The notes below the pieces were generated by a model, which had not been told where the DNA came from, did no database searches, and was given only the letters and a program-made list of their open reading frames with translations. The position numbers and the translations under genes are program-made. Shown here piece by piece: positions 15,900 to 31,358 of a stretch of 64,000 bases of DNA. Within the stretch, counting starts at the first letter, position 1. Every line of letters starts with the position of its first letter. The DNA comes from Gemmatimonadota bacterium (GTDB lineage: Bacteria; Gemmatimonadota; Gemmatimonadetes; Gemmatimonadales; GWC2-71-9), in assembly GCA_050264615.1 (NCBI GenBank), contig JBLNGI010000198.1, positions 1,172 to 65,171 of the forward strand, in the 5' to 3' direction.

Positions 15900-16352
15900 A
15901 TGCGCGTGACAACCTGGGCGGAATACGGCTTGATCGTATCGATCCATCTCGCCAAGCGCGCGGGGCAGGGCCCCGTCGCGGCGCGCGAGCTCTCCGATCA
16001 GGAACGACTCCCGCACGATTACGTCGAGCAAATCCTGCTGCGCATGCGGCGCGCAGGACTGGTCGATTCAGTCCGGGGAGCGCGCGGCGGCTACCTGCTC
16101 GCCCGCCCGCCGCACCAGGTGAGTGTGAAGGATGTCATCGAGGCATCCGAGCACGTGACGTTCGAGGTGAATTGTGACCTCCATAAGGTGGACGAAGAGC
16201 GCTGCGATCCGGCGACCGCCTGCAGCATTCGTCCCGTCTGGCGCCTGCTCGAGCGCCGCATCAATGAGGTGCTCGCGGGCGTGAGTCTCGCCGACCTCCT
16301 GCATGACGAGCCACAGGTCTATCAGATCGCCGGAGTAGCGTCGGTCCATTGA
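15900..16352 (+). CDS. Rrf2 family transcriptional regulator
   Basis: ORF 15900-16352. Contains MRVTTWAEYGLIVSIHLAK and LVDSVRGARGGYLLARP (wHTH of Rrf2/IscR type). Confidence 0.85.
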   Translation: MRVTTWAEYGLIVSIHLAKRAGQGPVAARELSDQERLPHDYVEQILLRMRRAGLVDSVRGARGGYLLARPPHQVSVKDVIEASEHVTFEVNCDLHKVDEERCDPATACSIRPVWRLLERRINEVLAGVSLADLLHDEPQVYQIAGVASVH

Positions 16353-17500
16353 CGTCGCTGTCGCATGAGGAGCTGCTGCGCTACTCGCGGCACCTCACGC
16401 TTCCCGAAGTAGGTCTCGCCGGCCAATCCAAGCTCAAACAGGCGCGTGTGCTGCTCGTCGGGGCAGGCGGACTCGGGTCTCCGGCGGCGCTGTACCTCGC
16501 AGCGGCCGGAGTCGGCACGCTGGGCGTCGTCGATTTCGATCTCGTGGACCGAACCAACCTGCAGCGGCAGATTCTCCACGGCACGTCCACCATCGGCATG
16601 GCGAAGACCGACTCGGCACGGGCACGCCTGCACGAGACAAACCCGCATGTGGCCGTCGAGACATTTCCCGAACGGCTTTCGTCGACCAACGCGCTCGAAA
16701 TCCTGAAGCGGTTCGACATTATCGTCGATGGGTCGGACAACTTTCCGACGCGCTACCTCGTCAACGATGCCTGCGTGCTGCTGGGCAAGCCGAATGTGTA
16801 TGGAGCTGTGTTCCGGTTCGACGGGCAGGTCTCCGTCTTTTTCGCGAAGGATGGCCCCTGTTACCGATGCCTCTATGCCGAGCCACCGCCTCCGGATCTC
16901 GTGCCGTCCTGCGCCGAAGGCGGCGTCCTCGGCGTGTTGCCAGGCATCATCGGCTCACTCCAGGCGCTCGAAGCGATGAAGCTGATCGTCGGCGTCGGGG
17001 AGACGCTGGTTGGACGGCTCCTGTTGTTCGACGGCCGGCGCATGCAGTTCCGTGAGCTCGCCCTCGAGAAGGATCCGGATTGTCCCGTGTGCGGCGCACG
17101 CCCAACCGTGACGTCGCTGATCGACTACGAGGCGTTCTGCGGCGCCGCCCCCGGGAATTCGGGACGCAACGGGGGGGGCGCGGGCGTCGAGATTACGCCG
17201 CAAGAGCTGCGGCGGGAGCGCGGGCGAAAGCCGAATCTCGTCCTGATCGATGTGCGCGAGCCGCGGGAGGCCGAGATCGCCCGGATCGAAGGCTCGCAGC
17301 TGATTCCGCTGCGCGACTTGCCGCGTGCCATTCCGCACCTGCCACCCCAGGCTGAAATCGTGACGTTCTGCCATCACGGGCCGCGCTCATTGAAAGCGCG
17401 CGAGCTGCTCACCGGAGCGGGGTTTGCGAACGTGCGCAGCCTGGCGGGTGGGATCGACGCGTGGTCGAGGGAAGTAGATGCAGAAGTGCCGCGATACTAG
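16349..17500 (+). CDS. moeB: MoeB/ThiF-type adenylyltransferase with C-terminal rhodanese domain
   Basis: ORF 16349-17500. Contains LLRYSRHLTLPEVGLAGQSKL, VGAGGLGSP, CxxC pairs (CYRC, CPVC) and a rhodanese-like C-terminus (FCHHGPRS). Confidence 0.88.
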   Translation: MTSLSHEELLRYSRHLTLPEVGLAGQSKLKQARVLLVGAGGLGSPAALYLAAAGVGTLGVVDFDLVDRTNLQRQILHGTSTIGMAKTDSARARLHETNPHVAVETFPERLSSTNALEILKRFDIIVDGSDNFPTRYLVNDACVLLGKPNVYGAVFRFDGQVSVFFAKDGPCYRCLYAEPPPPDLVPSCAEGGVLGVLPGIIGSLQALEAMKLIVGVGETLVGRLLLFDGRRMQFRELALEKDPDCPVCGARPTVTSLIDYEAFCGAAPGNSGRNGGGAGVEITPQELRRERGRKPNLVLIDVREPREAEIARIEGSQLIPLRDLPRAIPHLPPQAEIVTFCHHGPRSLKARELLTGAGFANVRSLAGGIDAWSREVDAEVPRY

Positions 17501-17508
17501 ACGTTCAG

Positions 17509-17592
17509 TGCCGAAGGGGGGACTCGAACCCCCACGGGCTTGCGCCCACTGGCTCCTGAAGCCAGCGCGTCTACCAGTTCCACCACTTCGGC
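17509..17592 (-). tRNA. tRNA-Leu (anticodon CAG)
   Basis: The reverse complement reads GCCGAAGTGGTGGAACTGGTAGACGCGCTGGCTTCAGGAGCCAGTGGGCGCAAGCCCGTGGGGGTTCGAGTCCCCCCTTCGGCA. Acceptor GCCGAAG/CTTCGGC. Anticodon stem CTGGC/GCCAG with loop TTCAGGA. Long variable arm. T-loop GGTTCGAGTCC. CCA is not encoded. Confidence 0.9.
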
Positions 17593-17597
17593 CATTA

Positions 17598-17630
17598 CTA
17601 GACGTCTAGACGTGTAGACGTCTAGGTTTT
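17598..17630 (+). terminator. perfect 11-bp hairpin plus short T-run (terminator-like)
   Basis: CTAGACGTCTA (17598-17608), loop GACGTG, TAGACGTCTAG (17615-17625), then GTTTT. Lies between tRNA-Leu and smpB. Confidence 0.5.
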
Positions 17631-17691
17631 GAGGAACGGCAATCTAGATTGTTGTATAACCCCAAGTCAATGCGTATCTTGCCGAGTCATC

Positions 17692-18147
17692 GTGGAAAAA
17701 GTCTCTATTGCCAGGAACCCGCGCGCCCGTCACGACTACCACCTCCTGGAGACATGGGAGGCCGGTCTCGTGCTCACTGGAACAGAGGTGAAATCGCTGC
17801 GTGACCGCAAAGCGAGCTTGAACGAGGCGTACGCCCACGTGCGCAACGGCGAGGTCTGGCTGGAAGGGATGACCATTTCGCATTACGGGCCGGGGAGCTA
17901 CAACAATCCACCGCCCGCCCGCTCTCGGAAGCTGCTGCTCCACAAACGCGAAATCCGCAAGCTGTTCGGAGCGACCACGCAGAAGGGGCTCACCGTCGTG
18001 CCGCTCGAGGTCTACTTCAAGGACGGCTTGGCCAAGGTCGCGATCGCCCTGGCGAAAGCGAAGAAGGCCCACGACAAGCGCGAAGACCTGAAACGGCGCG
18101 TGGCCGAGCGCGAGATGGCACGCGTTGTGAAGGGTAGGCGATCATGA
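17692..18147 (+). CDS. smpB: SsrA-binding protein
   Basis: Tracked ORF 17629-18147. In-frame GTG at 17692. Reads IARNPRARHDYHLLETWEAGLVLTGTEVKSLR. Confidence 0.88.
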   Translation: MEKVSIARNPRARHDYHLLETWEAGLVLTGTEVKSLRDRKASLNEAYAHVRNGEVWLEGMTISHYGPGSYNNPPPARSRKLLLHKREIRKLFGATTQKGLTVVPLEVYFKDGLAKVAIALAKAKKAHDKREDLKRRVAEREMARVVKGRRS

Positions 18148-19364
18148 TGGTCCTCATGCTTCTGGCCATGCTGATTCCCGAGCAGGTGGTAATCGCGACA
18201 CCGCGCGGGCAGGTCAGCATTCCTGTGACGAACGAGCGCGGGGCGGCGGCGGTGGCTGGCGTCCTGCTGGCGCAACCGTTGGGCGTGTCGTTGTCGCTCG
18301 ACGGCTCCACGCTCCGTGTGACGCTGAGCGAGCAGAGTTTCGAGTTCGAGCTTGGCTCGCCATTCGTGCGATATGCCGGCGTCGCGTATCCGCTCGTGGG
18401 TGCGCCGTATGTCGCGCGGGACACGGTGTTTCTCCCGCTCCAGTGGCTTTCGGGACACGTTCCTCGGCTCCTGGCCAGCCGCTATCGCTGGGACCCATGG
18501 CTCGCGCGGCTCGATGAGATCGCGCCATCCCCCGCTGCTGCAGTGGTCACGAGACCGCCACCGCCTCCCCCGGTGGTCGCAGCGGTTGTTCCGCCGATTA
18601 CCGCACCCAATCCACTGACGGGCTTGCGGCTGACGCATACGGTGGTCGTGGACCCGGGACATGGTGGCATCGATCCGGGCAATCCGGGGATGAATTTTCC
18701 CCGCGGACTCACCGAGAAGGACATCACGCTGGGCATCGGCCGGTTGCTGCGCGCCGAGCTGCAGCGCCGGGGGTTGAGTGTCGTGCTCACGCGGTCGACC
18801 GACACGCTCATCGATCTCGCGAGCCGTCCGACATTCTGCCGCGCCGATTGTGACCTGTTCGTGAGCATCCACATCAACGCGATGCCCGCTGGCCGGCGCC
18901 AGACACAGGTCAACGGCGTCGAGACCTACTTCGTCTCGGACGCGAAGACCGAAGATCAGAAACGCGTGGCGGAGATGGAAAACGACGCGCTCCGCTTCGA
19001 GACCGCGACTGTTTCCGGGCAGGGCAGCGGCCCGCTGGGCTTCATTCTGAACGACCTCCAGCTCAACGAGTACCTGCGCGAGTCGGCGCGGCTCGCCGAG
19101 CTGGTGCAGGGCAAGGTCGCGGCGATTCACCCGGGCGAGAACCGCGGCGTTCAGCAGGGTCCGTTTCTGGTCCTCGCTGCGGCGCGGCGGCCGGCGATTC
19201 TCGTCGAGGCGGGATTTGCGACCAACCGCCACGATGGAGCGTTTATGGCATCGGCTGACGGGCAGCGGAAGATCGCGACAGCGGTTGCTGACGGCATCGT
19301 CGCGTACCTGCTCGAGTTCGAGCGCAAGCTCGCGATCGGCACGGGTGGAGGGCCCTCGCGATGA
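18144..19364 (+). CDS. N-acetylmuramoyl-L-alanine amidase
   Basis: ORF 18144-19364. Amidase_3 motifs VVVDPGHGGIDPG, VSIHINA and ILVEAGFATN. The N-terminus has an AMIN-like region. Confidence 0.85.
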   Translation: MMVLMLLAMLIPEQVVIATPRGQVSIPVTNERGAAAVAGVLLAQPLGVSLSLDGSTLRVTLSEQSFEFELGSPFVRYAGVAYPLVGAPYVARDTVFLPLQWLSGHVPRLLASRYRWDPWLARLDEIAPSPAAAVVTRPPPPPPVVAAVVPPITAPNPLTGLRLTHTVVVDPGHGGIDPGNPGMNFPRGLTEKDITLGIGRLLRAELQRRGLSVVLTRSTDTLIDLASRPTFCRADCDLFVSIHINAMPAGRRQTQVNGVETYFVSDAKTEDQKRVAEMENDALRFETATVSGQGSGPLGFILNDLQLNEYLRESARLAELVQGKVAAIHPGENRGVQQGPFLVLAAARRPAILVEAGFATNRHDGAFMASADGQRKIATAVADGIVAYLLEFERKLAIGTGGGPSR

Positions 19365-20842
19365 AGCGTGCGCTGACGCTGCTACTGGCCGTCCTGACTG
19401 CGGGCTGCGCCTACTACAACGCCATGTGGAGCGCGGAACGCTATGCCAAGGACGCGCGTCGAGCCGAACGCCGCGGCCAGGCCGCGGAGGCGCGTTCCTA
19501 CTGGGCGCAGGCAGCCACGAAAGCCGAGCGCGTCGCGCTCCGGCATCCGCGCTCCCGCTGGGCCGATGACGCGCTCACGCTTCAGGCCGAGGGGCTGGCG
19601 CGCTCGGGCGCTTGCGATGAGGCGGGTGACGTCATCAAGCACGTTCGCGAGAGCGTGTACGATCGCGTGCTATTGGAGCGCGTGTCCCTGGTCGACGCGG
19701 AATGTGCGGTGAACGCGCGGCAGCCGGTTCCAGCCCAGGCAGCGCTCGGACCGGCACTCGCATCCAAGGACGAATCGCGACGCTCGCGCGCGGAGCTGCT
19801 CGCGGGGCAGGCCGCCACCGCGCTGCTGGATTACGACGGTGCTGTCACCCACTTCGAGCGGTCCCGCGAGACCGCGGCCCGCCCCGCGCTCGCCCACGTG
19901 CTGATAACGGCCGATCGCCCCGCCGACGCGACCCGCGTCATCGAGTCGCTGACAGGGGCGGAGTACGCGACCGACCGGCCAGATCTCCTGGCGCGCCTGG
20001 CGGTCGCCGCCGGGCCCCCGGCAGCGTCGACGGCGCTCGACCGCCTGCTCGCGCGCGGCACCCGCATTCCGCTTCAGGAGCAATCCCGGCTACTGATTGC
20101 CGATGCGGACCGGCGCTTTGCGAACGGTGACTACGAGGCGGCGGCCCGGCGGTATCAGCGCGCGGCGATTCTCGCGCCGGCGGCAACCAGCGAGGCCGGC
20201 CTGGCGGCGCTCGGCACACAACGCGTGCTGCTGACCGGCGTGTCGGACCGGGCCGATCTCGATCCTATTGAGGCGTCGCTCGCCCGTCTGAGCCTGGAGC
20301 CGGGCGCGGTGGAGGCGAAGCGCGTGCTCGATCTCGTGAGACACGTGACGATTCTCCCGGAGACACCGGCGGCCGGTTTTCGCGCGGCCGAGCTCGCGCG
20401 CGATTCCCTGAAGGCACGCGCGTTAGCCGGCGCGTTGTTCCTGGCTGTTTCCGACCGCGATACGGCATCGATCTACGCGCCCAAGGCACTCGTAGGGGCT
20501 ATATCGATGCTGCCTGACCGGCGAGACTCGATTGTGGCTGTGCTCGAGGCCCGATACGCGACGTCCCCTTACACCCGCGCCTTTTATGGCGAGGCCAGTG
20601 TCGCGTACGCGGCGGCCGAGGACTCACTGGCGCGGGAGATGGGCGTGCAAATCGCACGCACAACGGTCCCGCTTGCCGGCCGGCGAGTCGATATGCCGCT
20701 CCCGGGCCCTCGCGGTCCACACCTCGAGGATGTCGAGGAGGCGCGCGGAGCGGTCCGCGGGCGCGCGCCTCCGGCCAGTCGCGCGGTACCCGCTGCGGGT
20801 CGCGACCGGCCTCCCACACCCGCACGACCCGAGCGTCCGTGA
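19361..20842 (+). CDS. lipoprotein, helical/TPR-like, function unknown
   Basis: ORF 19361-20842. Lipobox LLAVLTAGC. Ala/Leu/Arg-rich helical repeats. Pro/Arg-rich C-terminus. Confidence 0.6.
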   Translation: MKRALTLLLAVLTAGCAYYNAMWSAERYAKDARRAERRGQAAEARSYWAQAATKAERVALRHPRSRWADDALTLQAEGLARSGACDEAGDVIKHVRESVYDRVLLERVSLVDAECAVNARQPVPAQAALGPALASKDESRRSRAELLAGQAATALLDYDGAVTHFERSRETAARPALAHVLITADRPADATRVIESLTGAEYATDRPDLLARLAVAAGPPAASTALDRLLARGTRIPLQEQSRLLIADADRRFANGDYEAAARRYQRAAILAPAATSEAGLAALGTQRVLLTGVSDRADLDPIEASLARLSLEPGAVEAKRVLDLVRHVTILPETPAAGFRAAELARDSLKARALAGALFLAVSDRDTASIYAPKALVGAISMLPDRRDSIVAVLEARYATSPYTRAFYGEASVAYAAAEDSLAREMGVQIARTTVPLAGRRVDMPLPGPRGPHLEDVEEARGAVRGRAPPASRAVPAAGRDRPPTPARPERP

Positions 20843-21678
20843 GCGCGGTGCAGCTGTTCGGCACCTCCTTCCAAAATCCGATTTTGCTAGCCGCTGGCAC
20901 TGCCGGCTTTGGCCGGGAGCTCGATCACGTCATCGATCTCGAGCTGCTCGGCGGCATCGTGACCAAAGCAGTCACTCCCGAGCCTCGCCGCGGGCACGCG
21001 CCGCTGCGCGTCGCCGAGTTTCGCGGTGGAATGCTCAACGCGGTCGGGCTGGCGAATCCAGGGGTCGAGCGCGTCGCTGAGCATGAGCTGCCCTGGCTGG
21101 CGCAACGGCTGCGGCGCGCGCGCATCCTGGTGAACGTCGCCGGGGCGACGGTGGCGGATTACGTGCAGGTGATCGAACGACTCACATCGAACGAGGCGAT
21201 CACGGCATTCGAGATCAACGCCTCGTGTCCCAATACCAGCGCCGGGGGTCTGGAGTTTGGCGCAGAGCCGGGTGGTCTCGCCGAGCTGGTACGGGCCTGC
21301 CGGCGCGCCTCGACGCGGCCGCTCACCGTCAAACTCTCCCCCGTGGTGCCGGATATTCCCGCCATGGCGCGAGTGGCGCGCGATGAAGGAGCCGAAGCGG
21401 TAACGTTAGTGAACACGATGCCGGGATTGCTCGACCAGCGGCTTGGCAATGGCAGCGGGGGCCTCAGTGGCCCCGCGCTGCTTCCGATCGGCGTGCTCGC
21501 GACCCGCCGCGTGTGCGAGCGCGTGCACATGCCGGTGATCGGCGTCGGTGGAGTGCGCACGACGGCCGATGCGCGTGAATACCTCGCGGCGGGGGCGTCG
21601 TTGGTCGCCATTGGCACCGCCGCGCTCGCCGACCCGCGAGTGCCGGTTCGGATCGCGCGCGAGTTGAGCCGTGGCTGA
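20839..21678 (+). CDS. pyrD: dihydroorotate dehydrogenase (class 1)
   Basis: ORF 20839-21678. Contains FQNPILLAAGTAGFG, NAVGLANPG and the active-site region EINASCPN. Confidence 0.88.
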   Translation: MSAVQLFGTSFQNPILLAAGTAGFGRELDHVIDLELLGGIVTKAVTPEPRRGHAPLRVAEFRGGMLNAVGLANPGVERVAEHELPWLAQRLRRARILVNVAGATVADYVQVIERLTSNEAITAFEINASCPNTSAGGLEFGAEPGGLAELVRACRRASTRPLTVKLSPVVPDIPAMARVARDEGAEAVTLVNTMPGLLDQRLGNGSGGLSGPALLPIGVLATRRVCERVHMPVIGVGGVRTTADAREYLAAGASLVAIGTAALADPRVPVRIARELSRG

Positions 21679-22351
21679 GCTGATCGTCGCGCTGGACCTG
21701 CCAAGCGGACGTGAAGCCGGCACGCTCGCCGGCCGGCTTCCGGGGCTCAAGTGGGTGAAGCTTGGTCCCGTCCTGTTCGCGCGCGAAGGGCCCGCTTTGA
21801 TTCGCGAATTCACGGGGCGCGGTCTGCGCGTATTTCTGGATCTGAAGTGGCACGATATCCCGAACATTGTCGCGAGCGCGGTCACCGCGGCGCGCGAGCT
21901 CGGCGTCGCCATGACGACGGTGCACACGCTGGGAGGCCGCACCATGCTCGCCGCCGCGGCGCAGGCGGCAGGAGCCGAGGTCGCGGTGGTCGGTGTGACG
22001 GTCCTGACGTCCCATGACGCCGGCGAGTTGGAGAGTGTGCTGGGACGCGGCGTCCCCGACGTGGGGTTCGAGGCCGAGCGGCTGGCGCGGACGGCACTTC
22101 AGGCTGGGCTCCGAGGTGTGGTAGCGTCCGGACAGGAGCTCGCGTTGTTGCGGGAGGCGCTGGGCTCCGATCCCTGGATCGTGGTACCGGGAATCCGGGC
22201 CCCGGGCGACCCCGCGGGCGATCAGGTCCGCACCATCGAGCCCGCTGAGGCGGTCCGGCGGGGCGCGACGCACCTCGTGGTGGGACGACCGATAACCGCG
22301 GCGCGGGACCCCGTGGCCGCATATCACCGCCTGGTCGAGTCACTCGATTGA
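21671..22351 (+). CDS. pyrF: orotidine 5'-phosphate decarboxylase
   Basis: ORF 21671-22351. Contains LIVALDL and FLDLKWHDIPN. Confidence 0.88.
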   Translation: MAELIVALDLPSGREAGTLAGRLPGLKWVKLGPVLFAREGPALIREFTGRGLRVFLDLKWHDIPNIVASAVTAARELGVAMTTVHTLGGRTMLAAAAQAAGAEVAVVGVTVLTSHDAGELESVLGRGVPDVGFEAERLARTALQAGLRGVVASGQELALLREALGSDPWIVVPGIRAPGDPAGDQVRTIEPAEAVRRGATHLVVGRPITAARDPVAAYHRLVESLD

Positions 22352-22368
22352 GTGTATTAAGCCTTCCT

Positions 22369-22782
22369 ATGCGATGGACTGTCCTGGCGTTGTGCGGGAT
22401 GCTGGCGGTCTCCCGTGCGGAGTCCCAGGGGACCCTGAGCGCGGCCGCCGAACGGGCCAAACAGGCACTCTCGGTCCACGACGCTCAGGCGTTGGTGGGG
22501 CAGAGCTCGAACGTCGTGCTCCAGATTCCTGGTGCGGACCCCTCGTCGCCACTGGGCCGGCCCCAGGCGGTCGAGTTGCTGCGCCGTTACCTCCGGCCGG
22601 CCGAGGAGCGGGGGCTCGACGTGACGGCGATCCGGGAGGTCGAGCCGGGGAAGGGATTCATCGAGCTCACCCGTCGGTATGTGGTCTCGGGGACCACTGA
22701 ATTGCGACATGAGACCCTGTACCTGGGGTATCGGAAAATCGATCGCGAATGGCGTCTGGTGGAACTGCGGAGCGCGCCCTAA
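22369..22782 (+). CDS. secreted hypothetical protein
   Basis: Tracked ORF 22348-22782. ATG 22369 gives signal peptide MRWTVLALCGMLAVSRAESQ. No motif recognised. Confidence 0.55.
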   Translation: MRWTVLALCGMLAVSRAESQGTLSAAAERAKQALSVHDAQALVGQSSNVVLQIPGADPSSPLGRPQAVELLRRYLRPAEERGLDVTAIREVEPGKGFIELTRRYVVSGTTELRHETLYLGYRKIDREWRLVELRSAP

Positions 22783-22791
22783 TCCCGCCCC

Positions 22792-22820
22792 TTGCGTGAA
22801 CTTACGGGCCCGTCTATTGT
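22792..22820 (+). promoter_or_regulatory. candidate promoter of the ribosomal alpha operon
   Basis: TTGCGT (22792-22797), 17-nt spacer, TATTGT (22815-22820), in an AT-richer gap upstream of rpmJ. Confidence 0.45.
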
Positions 22821-22863
22821 TCAAGACTCAGCCAGAAAATTTTCACTTTTCCGGAGCACCCTG

Positions 22864-22980
22864 TTGAAGGTACGTTCGAGCGTGCGCCCCATCTGCGAGC
22901 ACTGCAAAGTCGTGACGCGGCGGGGCGTGATTCGCGTGATCTGCAAACGCAACCCCAAGCATAAACAGCGGCAGGGTTAA
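22864..22980 (+). CDS. rpmJ: 50S ribosomal protein L36
   Basis: TTG 22864 inside tracked ORF 22792-22980. Encodes (M)[41 protein letters not shown] lies 8 nt upstream. Confidence 0.85.
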   Translation: MKVRSSVRPICEHCKVVTRRGVIRVICKRNPKHKQRQG

Positions 22981-22983
22981 CGC

Positions 22984-23367
22984 ATGGCACGTATCGCAGG
23001 CGTGGATTTGCCACGCGACAAAAAGATCCAGTTCGCGCTTCCGTACATCTTCGGCATCGGTCCCAGCAACTCAGTTCGCATCCTCGCGGAGACGGGAATC
23101 AGCCCCGATGCGCGCGTACGCGACCTGCGGGACGCCGAAGTCGCCCGGCTGCGCCAGGTGATCGAGCGGGACTACAAGGTGGAAGGCGCGCTGCGCACCG
23201 AGGTGGCGATGAACATCAAGCGTTTGATGGACATCGGGACCTATCGGGGCACGCGTCATCGCAAGAATCTGCCGGTGCGCGGCCAGCGCACGCACACCAA
23301 CGCGCGCACCAAGAAGGGACCGCGGCGCGCTATCGCGGGCAAAAAGAAGCCCGTCCTGAAAAAGTAG
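22984..23367 (+). CDS. rpsM: 30S ribosomal protein S13
   Basis: ORF 22984-23367; [26 protein letters not shown]. Confidence 0.95.
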   Translation: MARIAGVDLPRDKKIQFALPYIFGIGPSNSVRILAETGISPDARVRDLRDAEVARLRQVIERDYKVEGALRTEVAMNIKRLMDIGTYRGTRHRKNLPVRGQRTHTNARTKKGPRRAIAGKKKPVLKK

Positions 23368-23373
23368 AGGCAC

Positions 23374-23805
23374 ATGGCCGAAGAGAAGCCGCAGGAAAAG
23401 CCGCAAGAGAAGCCGAAACCGGTTCGGGCCGCGGGCGCGAAGCGCGCCAAGAAAGTCGTCGAGGCCGAGGGCGTCGCGCACATCACGGCGACGTTCAACA
23501 ACACGCTCATCACGATCGCCGACCTGCAGGGTAACGCGATCACGTGGGGCTCGTCCGGCAAGGCCGGCTTCAAGGGCTCGAAGAAGTCCACGCCGTTCGC
23601 CGCAACGGTGGCCGCGGAGCAGGCGGCGCGCGAGGCGCTGAACCTCGGCGTGAAGCGCGTGCACGTGCGTGTGCAGGGTCCCGGCTCGGGTCGCGAGTCC
23701 GCGATTCAGGCGCTCGCCAGCGCGGGGCTGCAGATCCGCTCGATCCGCGACGTGACGCCGATTCCGCACAACGGGTGCCGGCCGCCCAAGAAACGGCGGG
23801 TCTAG
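23374..23805 (+). CDS. rpsK: 30S ribosomal protein S11
   Basis: ORF 23374-23805. Contains [18 protein letters not shown]. The N-terminal extension carries three 12-nt tandem repeats (EKPQ). Confidence 0.95.
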   Translation: MAEEKPQEKPQEKPKPVRAAGAKRAKKVVEAEGVAHITATFNNTLITIADLQGNAITWGSSGKAGFKGSKKSTPFAATVAAEQAAREALNLGVKRVHVRVQGPGSGRESAIQALASAGLQIRSIRDVTPIPHNGCRPPKKRRV

Positions 23806-23808
23806 GCG

Positions 23809-24440
<632 letters not shown>

Positions 24441-24444
<4 letters not shown>

Positions 24445-25508
24445 TCAATACTCTTGATTTGACGGGGTTGGTCCGGCCGCATCTGGTCGAAATGACCAAG
24501 CGCGAGGACAACCCGAATTCGGCCGAGTTCCGCCTCCAACCGCTGGAGCGGGGCTATGGCTACACGTTGGGCAATTCGCTGCGCCGGCTGCTGCTCTCCT
24601 CGCTGCGCGGCGCGGCCGTGTGGGCGTTCCGGATCGATGGCGTCGTCCATGAGCATCAGACGATTCCGGGCGTGGTCGAAGACGTGCATCAGATCATTCA
24701 GCGTCTCAAGCAGCTGACGCTGGTGCTCGTGCCTGAAGTCGACGAGGCCGTGCTGCGCTTCAAGGTGGAGAAGGCCGGTCCGGTGTACGCGCGCGACCTC
24801 GAGCAGCACGGCTCGGTGCAGATCGTGAACCCCGAACAGCTGTTGTTCACCGTGCAGGACGACCGGGATATCTCGGGCGAGCTCTACGTGAACAAGGGCC
24901 GCGGCTACGTCGAGGCCGAGCAGCATCCCGTGGACCGCACGCTCGCGGTCGACGTCGTGCGGATCGACTCGATCTACAATCCCGTCCGCCGCGCGAACTT
25001 CACGGTGGCGGAAACCCGCGTCGGCCAGCGCACCGACTATGACCGGCTCACGCTGACGGTCGAGACCAACGGCACGATTTCGCCCGAAGACGCCGTCGCG
25101 TACGCCGCGGCGCTGGCGCAGGAGCACTTCCGCTTCTTCGTCGACTTCGGCAAGGTGCCGATCGTGTCCGGCGAGCCGGGCAGTCCCGGCAACGGCGGGT
25201 CCGAAAGCGGCCGGCTGCGTGACGTGCTCAACCGCGCGATCGATGACGCCGGCTTGTCGGTGCGGTCGGTCAATTCGCTGAAGAATTCCAATATCCGCAC
25301 CCTCGGCGACCTGGTCCGCTACAAGGAAGACGATCTCCTCAAGGTCAAGAACGTCGGCGAGAAGGCGCTGGGCGAAATCGCCGAGCTGCTGCGCCGCGAG
25401 GGTCTGAATTTCGGGATGCAGCTCGAGGAGACACCCGGGGGTGAGGTCCGGATCATCGATGAAGGCGTCGCACCGCAGGCCCAGTTGACCGTGGGCGAGG
25501 ACGAATAA
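24441..25508 (+). CDS. rpoA: DNA-directed RNA polymerase subunit alpha
   Basis: ORF 24441-25508. Contains [19 protein letters not shown] and C-terminal domain [20 protein letters not shown]. Confidence 0.95.
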
Positions 25509-25864
25509 TGCGCCACCGTGCCAAGGGACGGCAGCTGTCGCGGACGTCGAGCCACAAGAAGGCGACGCTGAACAACATGGCGACGAGCCTCTTCATGCAC
25601 GGCGGCATCCGGACCACCGAGGCGAAGGCGAAGGAGCTGCGTCCGTTCGCGGAGCGGTTGATCACCCTCGCGCGCCGCGGCGACCTGCACGCGCGCCGCC
25701 TGGTCGAGCGCCGGCTCAAGGACAAGGCAGTGACCACGAAGCTGTTCGCCGAGATCGGGAAGCGGTTTGCCGCGCGTCCCGGCGGCTATACGCGCATCGT
25801 GAAACTCGGCCATCGCGTCGGCGATGGCGCCGACGTGGCGCGCATCGAGTTGTTGGCGGAGTGA
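25508..25864 (+). CDS. rplQ: 50S ribosomal protein L17
   Basis: ORF 25508-25864; [24 protein letters not shown]. Confidence 0.95.
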   Translation: MRHRAKGRQLSRTSSHKKATLNNMATSLFMHGGIRTTEAKAKELRPFAERLITLARRGDLHARRLVERRLKDKAVTTKLFAEIGKRFAARPGGYTRIVKLGHRVGDGADVARIELLAE

Positions 25865-25887
25865 CCGGGGAAAGCGTCGAGACAACA

Positions 25888-25916
25888 AAGGGACCCGGAT
25901 GGGTCCCTTTTTTTCT
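25888..25916. terminator. bidirectional Rho-independent terminator between rplQ and rpmB
   Basis: AAAGGGACCC-GGAT-GGGTCCCTTT followed by TTTTTC. An A-run lies on the other side, serving the convergent rpmB. Confidence 0.75.
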
Positions 25917-25928
25917 TACGCGCGCTGC

Positions 25929-31358
<5,430 letters not shown>

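Noticed and set aside
17495-17605. Direct repeats flanking tRNA-Leu as evidence of an integrated mobile element
   Set aside because: The repeats enclose only the tRNA itself (about 100 bp). No integrase, transposase or phage-like gene occurs anywhere in the window, and the neighbours are core genes. I kept it only as a repeat/hairpin observation.
17627-17691. Promoter for smpB (TTGAGG ... TATAAC region)
   Set aside because: Several hexamer pairings are possible, but none has good spacing (17-20 nt ambiguities). It is too weak to report as a feature.
18012-19232. 406-aa - strand ORF
   Set aside because: It is antisense to the amidase gene. It is Arg/His-rich and low-complexity.
23383-23418. 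Three tandem 12-nt repeats (GAGAAGCCGCAG-like) at the 5' end of rpsK
   Set aside because: This is a simple in-frame low-complexity extension (EKPQ x3) of S11, with no indication of a separate function.
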